Below, piece after piece: positions 39,651-52,800 of a DNA stretch of 64,000 nucleotides (the first letter of the stretch is position 1; each line of letters starts with the position of its first letter). Made by a program: the position numbers and the translations under genes. Source of the DNA: Lingula anatina. Its lineage: Eukaryota; Animalia; Brachiopoda. Below the pieces are notes generated by a model. That model saw only the letters and a list, made by a program, of their open reading frames with translations. It was not told the DNA's origin and did not search any database. Location of the stretch: contig CM120649.1 of NCBI GenBank assembly GCA_051362555.1, forward strand, positions 15,128,001 through 15,192,000. The letters run 5' to 3'.

Positions 39651-41047
39651 CTCCAAACTACTTTTTGAATTCTTCAATATCTCTCACGTGAAATGTGTTC
39701 ACAGCATCTATTGTTACACCAACCGCTGCAGACTGCAAGCTCGTTTTCAGTTATTAGTGTTTCGGTTGGCTTCACCTGACTTCCTCAGTGAGAAATTAAT
39801 CTGAAGCGTCCTTTTTTTGTAACACTGAAACGCTGTTTATTGTGTACTGTGCCACTGACAAAAATTAAAAATTGATATGGCACTTAGTAAAGATTAAACC
39901 ATTCACTGTAATTGTAATATGAAATCATCTTTCTTGTGTGTTAATTGTAGTTTTGATTGATTGAGTTTACTGAGATTAATCATTTCAAACAGATGGGGTT
40001 TTGAAAATTTGATGTTTGTAACTGTCAGTTACAGGAGAATATTAAACCAGTGCAAATCAGTATCAAGTGAAATGTATATACGAAAAATTAGAATTAGAAA
40101 AAACGAAAGGAAAGAAGCAATACTGAAAATTTATCTGTGATAAAATTCTATTGCTTAAAAAGGATCCCCTAATACCTCTTCCCACCTATTATAATATGTT
40201 TACAAAAAGAGAAATAACATATTAGCAAAAAATAATCTGACTTTCAGTGACATAAAATCACCTTCGAGATCTATCGTCTCATAGACGTGTGTCTTTCTCC
40301 TGGCCCTAAATAATCCCTGAAACGCTTTCGTCATTAAAAATATTTGCTTTATTATCGTGCGTGCAACCCGCTTATGGCTAACTACCTCTGCAGATTTCTC
40401 ATTTAACATTTATTACTTCATTTGATGTAAAATATTGTCTTGCGGAGGAGCCACGTTACTGTCTACTAGCTGATTCCCATTACATCAATCACTGAACCAT
40501 GATAAGAGATTAGTATACATGATTTGTAGAATCTTTTTTATGTAATATAATCTGTGTGAAAGTCTTATTTCCACACTTGCCCTTATTATTAATAATAATA
40601 ATGATAATTTAAAAAATATATAAGAAAATAACGGGACTGAGTGGAAATCGTACCAATGACGATTAGCCCAGGACGTTACCACCCGAGTAGAAATACCTTC
40701 AAAATATACTTTTAACAGTTTTAATCAAATTCAAATCATGGCAACTATCTTCCCACTACTCTAACATATTGCTAACACCTGTCAGTTGTCAACAGATCGT
40801 TGTAGAATGGGAGAAAAACGTGAAAAGGAGACTTCGGCTGATCTGTTTTTACTTTATAGGGTATGGCGCTTGCCTACAGATTAATTTGCTGTGGGAGGCA
40901 GCTCACTCGTAAATTACTTGGCCAATTAACATGTTCATTATGCTGTTAACAATCCAAAGACCCCATTGGGATGTGCTCTGGGCCAAGTCCTAATTGGGTT
41001 GTAGTGTGGGTCATTTAGAAAGTAGATTACATTGGGTTCTGGCCTGT

Positions 41048-41048
<1 letters not shown>

Positions 41049-41086
<38 letters not shown>
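41049..41086. repeat. (CA)n microsatellite
   Basis: Read directly. Confidence 0.9.
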
Positions 41087-41090
<4 letters not shown>

Positions 41091-42861
41091 AACAGGGCGT
41101 TACGTCTATTGTTTGCTCATGTCGATAGCAATTTATTTCCATTAGCGACAAAAGAAAACTGACGTGAGTCATTTTAGGAGCAGAGTGTGTTCGTTGGACC
41201 GACTGATTTGATTGTTCGAAAAGGATTATTGCCAATACTCCTACCCTGTAATTATCGTGCATGCTCTATTGTCCGACCATGCGGTGCAGGGGTAGGAGTC
41301 CATGCGGCCTATTGGTAAGGTTAGATTCCAGCGGCACTGTACTACAACCTGTAGTACAGGTTACACCGCCAACCCCTTATCACCGTACAGTAGAGCCTTT
41401 GATGTCGATATTTGATTGCGTTGTCTCAACCAGATTTCTTGTTTTAATCTCCCCTACCACATTCACGATCAGTCGGTGTGTGAAGTCGAATTCTGTGCCT
41501 CAAATAAGAAATCACTAGAAGCCACTATATGCATCTGAAATAGTGTCCTCAAATATATTAAGAATGTGGATTTCTTTCTTTTCACGGCGTTACATGTATT
41601 AATATTGTTAATGTGTTATATTCAATGGGTTTAGGGTGTTAATGAGAACATCTGTGTCTGAATTTATATTTATAACCCTTGAATAGGTACTGGTTTGTTT
41701 TCCAGTCGTGGTTTGTTTTCCACCCAAACACGTGCAAGTTACTTAACATATGGCGGTAGGAATGGATCCCACATGAAGGATATTGGAGCATAGGACGGCC
41801 CAGATATATCCATGCAGTGCATTTACCGGATTTGGGGCTGTGTTGGAGATAACGTCTACAAAAAACTAATGCGGCATTTGTCCAGTCGATCAGTTATATA
41901 ACTGTGTCTGACGATTTCTGGAAATTTAGTCCCAACAATATAAACATCACAAATAATGTAGCGGTATGGTTCCGCCATATTTGACATGTGCGGGTTACAA
42001 GAAACGGTAGAAATCACATTACAATTTGAGGGTAAATACATTGTCTATTCTTTTTATTCTGTGTGTGTAAGAGCTGGCTTGGTCCGTTTTTAAAGATTAT
42101 TGTTTTTCTTTTGTTATTTTCTTTTGTCTTTTGAAACACGACCTGAATTTTATGCAAATAACCACGACGGATAACCACGCCATTTGGAATAAAAAGCAAA
42201 AAAATTATTGAAAGTACATTTTTTATTTCAATAAACACGTGAAATTAGAGGAAACTAAAATCGCAGAATGAGATTGTGAATGCGGCCAAATAGTGATCTG
42301 GTTAGAAATGTCTTCTTTACAGATGGGCGGTGTAACATAGAAAAATGGCGAAGAGAGCAGCAGTGTTGACCTTAGAAAAAGTATCTGTAGGCAAATTTGA
42401 CAGCAGGAAGCAAAAAGAAAACCTTGATCTCATAAGGTAATTTGACAACAAAAACAGCATCAGAAGAAATCCCATAAAATATATTGAAAGCGTAAAACAT
42501 GATACAACTATCTGTGTTGCTGTTTAAATATGAAGACGTTTCCTTATCTTCTCCACGACTAATTTAATTGAAATGGTTACCGAGGGCCTGTTGGAAAAAA
42601 TCCCTAGAGTTCTTTGGCCGTTTTGTTTTTACTTACGGACACTCAATCTGTAAGTCGGAATCAACAAACCATAGGCAACAAGAAGCATAGTTTACATGCA
42701 GTTTTGAATATATAACTTATTGATAAAATTCAATCCAGGAAAATTGTATTATTATTAGTTCCTTCTCATACGGATTGCATCCTGTATATATTTTCAATGT
42801 GTCATTGTCTAGGTCGCCTCTGTTTATATCCTTTATATATTTTTTCAGTGTGCGTCGTTTT

Positions 42862-45800
42862 CTAGGTCGCCTCTGTTTCACATATAAAGTTAAAACTATC
42901 ACTGCATTGAATGTCATCAAAAAGCTTGGTGGCTTTATAGTATCGTACACAGTCTTGATTGCCCCCAATGTTATTTGGTTCACCTGGAATGGAAATTACT
43001 CTTGGAAAATTGATTCTTCTTATTATGCAAATAAAATTAACATCAGGTCATTTCGTTTGAGTTACATTGTTTGAAATCTTCTTCCATTTAAAGCCGATAA
43101 TGGCAATTTTCAGTTCAAATTTGGCATTTTCTGCTTGGTATCATCGCTTTATTTTTACTTCTAACAGTATTTAAGAGCACTTCAGCATGGCAATACATAC
43201 CAAGTAAGATAGTTTTGAAAATTTATCAGACACATTCCATTCAGGTTATTCAAAGACAAAATTGTAAAAATAAAATATGAAAATACACATGGAAATATGC
43301 GAGTTTAATACCTGGGGCCCATGCAGTAAATGGTGCTGGAATGTCGCCCCATCCGGACAATAACCAGGTACCTTCAGAGGCTTTTGTTGCTGCGGTAAAC
43401 CAGGAGGTGGCGCTGCAAGCTGCAGGTAAATAATTGACATTTAGTGGGGTGGCTTAGGGGCAATGTGGCCAAATCGTGACACGGCGGATAAAAGCACCAA
43501 ATTTTGCATGTGGTTACCTTTTGACATACTATGTCAAATTAGAGCAGTAGCCCTCTGATCAAATTTATCGACCGGTCAAAAAATTCCAAAATGGCCGCCA
43601 ATGTATTGGATGCTGTAGAAATTTAATTGTGACAACTGGTACCAACTTACAAGAGACACTATTACTGTCTAAGTAGATTGCAAGACGAAAATGTTGAGTA
43701 TTGTGCAAAGTTCAAGTACTACAATTGTGGGTAACACATACTATTACACACGATTGTACTGTTGTTGAGGCCTTTTTTTTTTGTTATAAATCACTGTAAA
43801 ATGCACTAGTATACCGACGTCAGATGATGTAATATCATAAATTTTTCCTTACCTTCGTCGGCCATAATATATTGTCTAATAAAAGTGTGCTCCTCTTCAT
43901 CGTCAACGGCAACAAGCCTCGCTCCCATTGACTCGCAGTGGGCTTCAGCCTGGTAGAAGTTGCCTTTCAGTGTCATGTTGAAACTGTAGCAACTTGTCCT
44001 GAACGAAACCTCAAACTGCGGTGGACACGTCACTTAAAGTATACAAATCATTCCATATAATTAATATAAAAAATATAACGTCTTTCATTATCCAAGTACA
44101 TGTATATGTAAACTGATTTACACCATAAATACGAAGGCAATAATGGCAACGTGGTTCACTGTTGGAAACGCTTAATGGGATATTAAACGTTCATTCTTTA
44201 AAAACCACCAGTGAAAATATAATGCTCATCTTGAATATGAACAGTATGTTCCTAGATAATACTTACGTTCACAGTTTAATCCGCCGTAAGGGACAGGGCA
44301 GGCACATTTACCGGAACCCTCAGTTAATTGGACACAAGTCCCGCCATTTTTACATCCACATTCCTGAAATAATATAGTACACAAGCATTGCTGTGGTCCT
44401 TACTGCATTTACTGTGTCACCAAAGTCAGTGTTTGTATCTTAGACACCGTTGCCAGTTTTTTATTTAATTACATATTGACACTCAAAACACAAAACAGTA
44501 TTATAATTATATCCTCCTGTCTTACTCACATTCTTACAGGTTATCCTTTATTTTATAATATAAATAGCTACTTCGCTCAATTTATTATGTGCGAGTCATC
44601 TGTTTTGTATTTTACCATTTGATGGTGCATGATAGAAAAGGAATATTTTTATTACAGCTAATAGTTTGTGCGTTATCTTATATATACAGGGTCAAGTGTG
44701 ATTTTGTCAGTCAACAAACAGGGATCTGGCCTAGTCCAAAAAGTTCACAGGTGACATTTTCATGTGAAACGCCGGGTTGGTCTTTCTGAACAGAAAACTG
44801 TACTAATGCCAATGACAAAACGATCGATACCACACGTACAAAAATTAATGCATTTCTTTTAATGTCATTTAAAAGCATCTATTTTGTGTAGTTCTTGATT
44901 TGGGGTAGTTTGATTGATTATCTTAACGTTCGCTAGTTTAATTGTTTCAAGCGAATTGCGTTGAGAAAATTTGTTTGCTGTTGTCAGCTAAAGGGAAGGG
45001 GTGCATAATTTAACCAGTGCAAAATCAGCATTAAGTCGCCTTGGATACACAAAACACACAGTAAATATATCACAGGCAAGATTAAATCCCAGGCCTTTAG
45101 AAATTTGATGAAATGGTAGTATTTGTTTGAATAAAAATGACATAATGGCAAATTCACAAAAAAATTACATTTATAGCATCTAATAATTTACCAATAAGGC
45201 TACACCTCTCAGGTCTTGTGTTTTAAATATTATAAAAATATTCTATTGCATCCTGAAATATCTTGGTCAAAATGTCAATTCTTTAATGCTTTAATAGCAC
45301 TATGAAAACATTTAGTCAAAAACCCTTTTCTGAAACATAGTTATAACATTATGAAATATTTTTTTAATTATAAAAATAGCTAGCTTTATGATTATTTTAT
45401 GCAAGAAGCGTGTAATCAAGTGGGAAAACCTTTGTTTAGCCTATTCGACGTGCGGTGTTGTTGCGACGCAGGCGTAGGGCTTTATCATTATTAATGAAGA
45501 TACTTTTGTGTTTTTCTCTATTTGATACACTGCAATCTTACATTTATTTTAAAGGATCGTTCCTGTATGCCAAACGTTCACCTTGTACCAGATTTTTTGA
45601 AACTCTGCAAAAATTACTTTCAAGCAAATTGACAGTGTTTTAGATAAACGTGTGGATTGTGTGGATTTTGCTTTAATGTTAACATTCTAAGGAACTCTCT
45701 CGTAATTTCAGTTGGCATAGGTGTCGTAAATAACATCTGTGTATAAACTCAGAGCATGATATTGAGCTTAAACTTTTTGTGGTAAGGTACCTTTCAAAGA

Positions 45801-47156
45801 TGTCTTCTTTGAGACTGAGTGCTTGTTACCACAGTTATTTTGACGAGGTGCTTTTCAAAGTGCATATTTCTGATGCCTTTCAAAAATAAATCTCAAAAAA
45901 ATAAACATATCTTTTACATTATTAAGACGTTATCTTAAACATTTTAAAACATTTTCTAAAGTATTCGCACAACGTTTAAAGTGCCTTTGCTGGTTGGACT
46001 AAAAATGTAAATAATGCCACTGACCATAGAAAGTCACTTTCCTTACATAATTTATTTACGATTATTTTGAGAGCAAAGCAAAACAGTTTTTGTATTTACG
46101 TTTTTCTGCTTTCCAAAATGTGCATATTGGACTTACAAGCTTAACTGGCTTAAATGACTAACTAGCTAAATCATTTCATAAAAATTGGTATTAAACATGG
46201 ATTTAAGTGCAGAGATGGATTTTTTTAAATCTCGAGTAAAATTCACATTGGCGTGAAAATCCCAGAAAGGTACTTTTAACTTCTAGAGCTTGTATTGCAA
46301 ATTCGTTGTCAAATTATTCCATTGATATCATTCCATTGATATCGCTGTTTGTATTTTTAATTCCACATAATTTAGTTATTTTCTACTTTGGCCTTTTTCA
46401 TTGGCGTGAAAATCAAGGAAAGGGTACTTTTAACTTCTAGAGCTTGTGTTGCAAATTCGTTGTCATATTATTCCATTGATATTATTCCATTGATATTATT
46501 CCATTGATATCGCTGTTTGTATTTTTAATTCCACATAATTTAGTTATTTTCTACTTTGACTTTTTTCATTCTTTTCAAGTTTTCTGTTTTAACATATATT
46601 GGTGTAGTAAACATTTGCATGACTTTACTGTTTCTAATGACATCAGCGATGATAAAAACACTGCAGCTAAAATCTCAAAGAGATCCGTGAAAAACAGTTA
46701 AAATGATATTTCGTTACCAGAGGATAATCTCATGATCTACACACGGCGTAGATTGAATTAAGATGAAATGCAACATTTTGTCTCGACATAAATCCCTTTA
46801 ACTGATTAAATATAACTTACCACACAAGATACTTTGCGATTCCGTGCCTCTATGTAGAAGCAGTTTGGGTCACTCAACAAGAACCCCGCCTGAACGCCGG
46901 CACAGTTGAAATTGGTAAGAGCACAAGTCTTTGAGTTACCGCAGTAATATGCACCTAGGCAGCTTCTATGCCCCAGACATTGGAGAGCGCACTCCTCTTT
47001 AGACAATGAACATGTCGTCTGAAGAATTAAATCTTCAATAAATTTCGTCTGAGGCTGAACCCGAAACCATAAAGATGAAGAATTCGACAGGCCAAACCAT
47101 ATCATAAGTAGAGCACATTCTGACAAAAGGACAGTCACAATTTTCTTCGATGACAT
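42862..47156 (-). CDS. Secreted PAN/apple-EGF-C-type lectin protein, copy C (280 aa, intact, chimeric)
   Basis: Exons 47156-46821, 44363-44267, 44032-43853, 43419-43312 (in-frame 3-nt deletion), 42983-42862; CTLD end GEPNNIGGNQDCVRYYKATKLFDDIQCSDSFNFICETEAT*. Confidence 0.88.
46246..46570. repeat. Tandem duplication of a ~150-165-bp unit with nested 13-14-bp subrepeats, copy C intron 1
   Basis: cattggcgtgaaaat...ctactttg x2; ATTCCATTGATAT x2 in the first unit and x3 in the second. Confidence 0.85.
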
Positions 47157-49131
47157 CTTCAGACTGCTTTTTGAATTCTTCAATATCTTTTACGTGAAAT
47201 GTGTTCACAGTATCTATTGTTACACCAACCGCTGGAGCCTGCAAGCTCGTTTTCAGTTATAAGTGTTTAGGTTGGCATCCCCTGACGTTCTCAGTGAGAG
47301 ATTAATGGGAAGCGTCCTTTTTTGTAACACTGAAACGCTGCTTATTGTGTACTGTGCCACTAACAAAAATTAAAAATTGATACAGCACTAAGTAAAGCGT
47401 ATTCCATTTACTGTAACTGTGATCTTGAGGGATATTTCTTATGTGTTATTTGTAGTTTTGATTGATTGACTTCCATCCAATGTTTACCTCTATTACCAGT
47501 GTAAATCAGTATCAAGTGAAATGTATATATAAACAAAAAATTAGAATTAGAAAAGAAAAAAACGAAAGAGAGAAAAAATTCTGAAAATTTATCTGTGATG
47601 AAATTCTATTGCTAAAAAATGGACCCCATAATGACTCTTCCCACCTATCATAATATGTTAACAAAAAGAGTAATAACGGATAAGCTAAAAACAAATCTGA
47701 CTTTCAGTGACATAAAATCACCTACGAGATATATTGGGTCATAGACGTGTGACTTTCTCCTTGTCCTAAATAATCCCCGAAACGCTTTCGTTATTAAAAA
47801 ACATTTGTTTTATTACCGCGCTTGCAACCCGCTAATGGCTATTTCTGCAGATTTCTCATTTAGTATTTATTACTTCATTTCATGGAAAATATTGTCTTCC
47901 GGCATAGCCACTTTACTGAGTACTAGCTGATACCAATCACATCAATCATTGAACCATGATAAGAAATTAGTGTACATGATTTATATAATCATTTTATTTA
48001 CTATATTCTGTGTGAAAGTATTATTTCCACACTTGCTCTTATTATAAATAATCCGGCCAGTAAATCCTGCTTTCTGATGTAATTTTCTTGACAATATATA
48101 GTGCCTGTACACATGTCGAAGATTATCGGAAACTGCCATGGCCACTATCTTCTCACTGCCCTAAGGTATTACTAACACGGGTGATCTGTTTATACTTGAT
48201 AATTAATTTGCTGTGGTAGATTAATTCACCTGTAATTTACTTGGTCAATTAACATGCTCATTATGCTGTTAACAATCCAAAGACCCAATTGGGATGTGGT
48301 CTGGGCCAGGTCCTAATAAGGTTGTGGTCTTTTAGGAAGTTGACTACATCGGGATCTGGCCTGTGAGGAGGCCATGCGGCCTATTGGTAACGTTAGAATC
48401 CCGCGACACTGTACGACAACCTGTAGTACAGGTTGCACGCCATCCCCTTATCACAGTAGAGCCTTTGATGTCAGTATTGGAATGCGTTGTCTCAGCCAAT
48501 CTTATTTGGATTTCCTCTACCACAATCACGATCAGTCGGTGTATGAAGTCGAATTCAGCGCCTCGAATAAGAGATCATTAGAATTCACTGTGCATCTCAC
48601 ATAGTGTCCTCAGATTTATTAAGAATGTGGATTTCTTTCGTTTCACGGCGTTACATGTATTAATATTGTTAATGTGATATATTCAGTGGGTTTAGGGTGT
48701 TAATGAGAACATCTGAGTCTGAAATTTAATTTAAACCCTTTAGTTGGTAAACTAGGTTGATTTCGACCCAAACAAGTTCAAGTTACTAAGCATGTGGCGG
48801 TAGGAATGGATCCCACTTGAAGGATATTCGAGCATTGAACGGCAAAGGGATATCCATGCGGTGCATTAACCGGATTTGTGGCTGTGTTGGAGATTACGTC
48901 TACAAAAAACTAATGCGGCATTTGACCAGTCGTTCAGTAATAAAACTGTGTCTGACGATTTCTGGAAATTTTCAGCCAGCACTGTAAACATCACAAATAG
49001 TGTAGCAGTATGGTTCCGCCATATTTGACACATGCTGGTTACAAGAAACTGTAGAAATCACATTACAATTTGAGGGTAAATTACATTGTCAGTTCTTTTT
49101 ATTCTGTGTGTGTAAGAGCTGGCTTGGTCCG

Positions 49132-49176
<45 letters not shown>

Positions 49177-49886
49177 TTGTTTAATTCTCTTTTGTCTTTT
49201 GATACACGACTTGAATGTTATGCAAATTACCATGACAGATAACCACGCCATTTGGAATAAAAAGCAAAATAAATTATTGAAAGTACATTTTTTTCATTTC
49301 TGATAAACACGTGAAATTAGAGGAAAGTAAAATCGCAGAATGAGGTTGTGATTGCGGCCAAATAGTGATCTGGTTAGAAATGTCTTCTTTACAGATGGGC
49401 GGTGTAACATAGGAAAATGGCAAAGAGAGCAGCAGTGCTGACCTTAGAAAAAGTATCCAACGCAAATTTGACAGCAGGAAGCATAAAAACGTTGATCTCA
49501 TAAGCTAAATTGACAACAATAACAGCATCGGAAGAAATCCCATAAAATATATTGAAAGCGTAAAACATGATACAACTATCTGTGTTGCTGTTTAAATATG
49601 AAGACGTTTCCTTATATTCTCCACGACTAATTTAATTGAAATGGTTACCGAGGGCCTGTTGGAAAAAATCCCTAGAGTTATTTGGCCGTTTTGTTTTTAC
49701 TTACGGACACTCAATCTGTAAGTCGAAATCAACAAACCATAGGCAACAAGAAGCATAGTTTACATGTACATGCAGTTTTGAATATATAACTTATTGATAA
49801 AATTCAATCCAGGAAAATTGTATTATTATTAGTTCCTTCTCATACGGATTGCATCCTGTATATATTTTCAATGTGTGCGTCGTTTT

Positions 49887-52800
49887 CTAGGTCGCCTCTG
49901 TTTCACATATGAAGTTAATACTGTTACTGCATTGAATGTCATCAAAAAGCTTGGTGGCTTTATAGTATTGTACACAGTCTTGATTGCCCCCATTGTTATT
50001 TGGTTCACCTGGAATGGAAATTACTCTTGGAAAATTGATTCTTCTTATTATGCAAATAAAATTAACATCAGGTCATTTCGTTTGAGTTACATTGTTTGAA
50101 ATCTTCTTCCATTTAAAGCCGATAATGGCAATTTTCAGTTCAAATTTGGCATTTTCTGCTTGGTATCATCGCTTTATTTTTACTTCTAACAGTATTTAAG
50201 AGCACTTCAGCATGGCAATACATACCAAGTAAGATAGTTTTGAAAATTTATCAGACACATTCCATTCAGGTTATTCAAAGACAAAATTGTGAAAATAAAA
50301 TATGAAAATACACATGGAAATATGCGAGTTTAATACCTGGGGCCCATGCAGTAAATGGTGCTGGAATGTCGCCCCATCCGGACAATAACCAGGTACCTTC
50401 AGAGGCTTCTGTTGCTGCGGTAAACCAGGAGGTGGCGCTGCGAGCTGCAGGTAAATAATTGACATTTAGTGGGGTGGCTTAGGGGCAATGTGGCCAAATC
50501 GTGACACGGCGGATAAAAGCACCAAATTTTGCATGTGGTTACCTTTTGACATACTATGTCAAATTAGAGCCGTAGCCCTCTGATCAAATTTATCGACCGG
50601 TCAACAAATTCCAAAATGGCCGCCAATGTATTGGATGCTGTAGAAATTTAATTGTGACAACTGGTACCAACTTACAAGAGACACTATTACTGTCTAAGTA
50701 GATTGCAAGACGAAAATGTTGAGTAATTTGCAAAGTTCAAGTACTACAATTGTGGGTAACACATACTATTACACACGATTGTACTGTTGTTGAGGCCTTT
50801 TTTTTGTTATAAATCACTGTAAAATGCACTAGTATACCGACGTCAGATGATGTAATATCATAAATTTTTCCTTACCTTCGTCAGCCATAATATATTGTCT
50901 AATAAAAGTGTGCTCCTCTTCATCGTCAACGGCAACAAGCCTCGCTCCCATTGACTCGCAGTGGGCTTTAGCCTGGTAGAAGTTGCCTTTCAGTGTCATG
51001 TTAAAACTGTAGCAACTTGTCCTGAACGTAACCTCAAACTGCGGTGGACACGTGACTTAAAGCATACGAACGTGATAGAAATAATTTGATATAATTAGTA
51101 TAATAAAATATAACGTGTCCTTTATTACCCAAGTATATGTAAACTGATTAATGATGGCAACGTGGTTCACTATTGGAAACGCTTAATGGGATATTAAACG
51201 TTATGTCTTTAAAAGCCACCAGTGAAAATATAATGTTTATCTAGAATACGACCAGTATGTCTTTGGATATTACTTACGGTTACGTTCACAGTTTAATCCA
51301 CCGTAAGGGACAGGGCAGGCACATTTACCAGAAACATCAGTTAATTGGACACAAGTCCCACCATTTTTACATCCGCATTCCTGAAATAATATAGTATACA
51401 AGCATTGATGTGGTCCTTACTGTATTTACTGTGTCACCAACGTCAGTATTTTTATATCTTTTCATTAATTACTTATTGACATTATTTATCCTCCACTCTT
51501 ACTTGCATTCTTACACTATATTCTTTATCTTATGATGTGTACTAATATGAATTCTGTTTAATAAATTATGTGCAAATTCTCAGTGTTGTGTTTTATAGAC
51601 CAGTAAAAGAAAGTCTTAGGACCACTAATTATTTTCATTAAATAAAGGTGTTACATGTACTTTATCTCCATATTGTCTACGTCAGATGTTAACATTCCAA
51701 GTAATTTTCCTGGCGCCAAATTACAGCTGTTATCATGTAAAACGGTGCTGATAGCTTTTCAGTTGACTGATATTCCTTTGAAATCGATATTACAGTATTC
51801 ACACACACTCAGAGTACAAAACGTTGCTGTAAAGGCAACAACTTGCATTAGCAAATTAATTCACTCTGATGTATTTTTGATGTGACAGTATTATTTCATA
51901 ACATGGCAATATTTATTTCCGTACTTTAAAACGGATAAGGTGAACAATCTTTACGTACATTCTATCGCACCGCCTGAACATTTTAAGGATATTTTCACCC
52001 TTCTCCCCAAACTCCTTTTTACTGCTTTTCATACATTTGGGTAATCGATAAATCTTCGTTTTTAAGAAAGGTTCAGGACGCTATCAAATTGCTGCTTATT
52101 ATTATTACACAACAGAGGACTTTTTTCCGAAGCCTTTCAAGCCTCAATATTCAGTGTTTTTTTTATTTCTTTCCACACTGATAAAAGTCTACAGGTGTCA
52201 TCATTACAGGCATATTCAGGATGTGATTTTTAACATATCCATGTGTAACAAACACTAGGAAATGAGTTTTTCTAGAAAACATTAACTATTGCTTTTCGTG
52301 TTTCTATTGAGAATTGCGCGGGTGAGTGATCTTTTGTTTATTCAGAACAGAAAACCATGACGAAATGTAGTTGACTTACTTCTCTTAATTGGATAGTATG
52401 GAAAGTGAAGTTTATACATAAAGAGTTTTAACAGCACACAATTTATGTTATGAAGGAACCAAAGGCATAGAAGCCTTGAACTACAATTTCAATTTGATAC
52501 CTGGTTGATCTTTCTGAAAGGAAATTGGACTAATGACATTGGCAAAACGATCGATACCACAATTACAAACATAAATACATTAACTTAAATGTAATTTAAA
52601 AGCATATATATATATATATATATATATATTGTATAGTTCCTGTACTGGGGTAGTTTGATTGATTATCTTAACTTTCGTTAGTTGCATCGTTTCAAAAACT
52701 TACGTTTCGAAAAATCTGTTGCTTGCTATTGTCAGTTACAGGCAAGTCTCACGTCGGTCTGATGAAGGCCTTCGACCAGGTTGGCCGTAAGCTAACGGTA

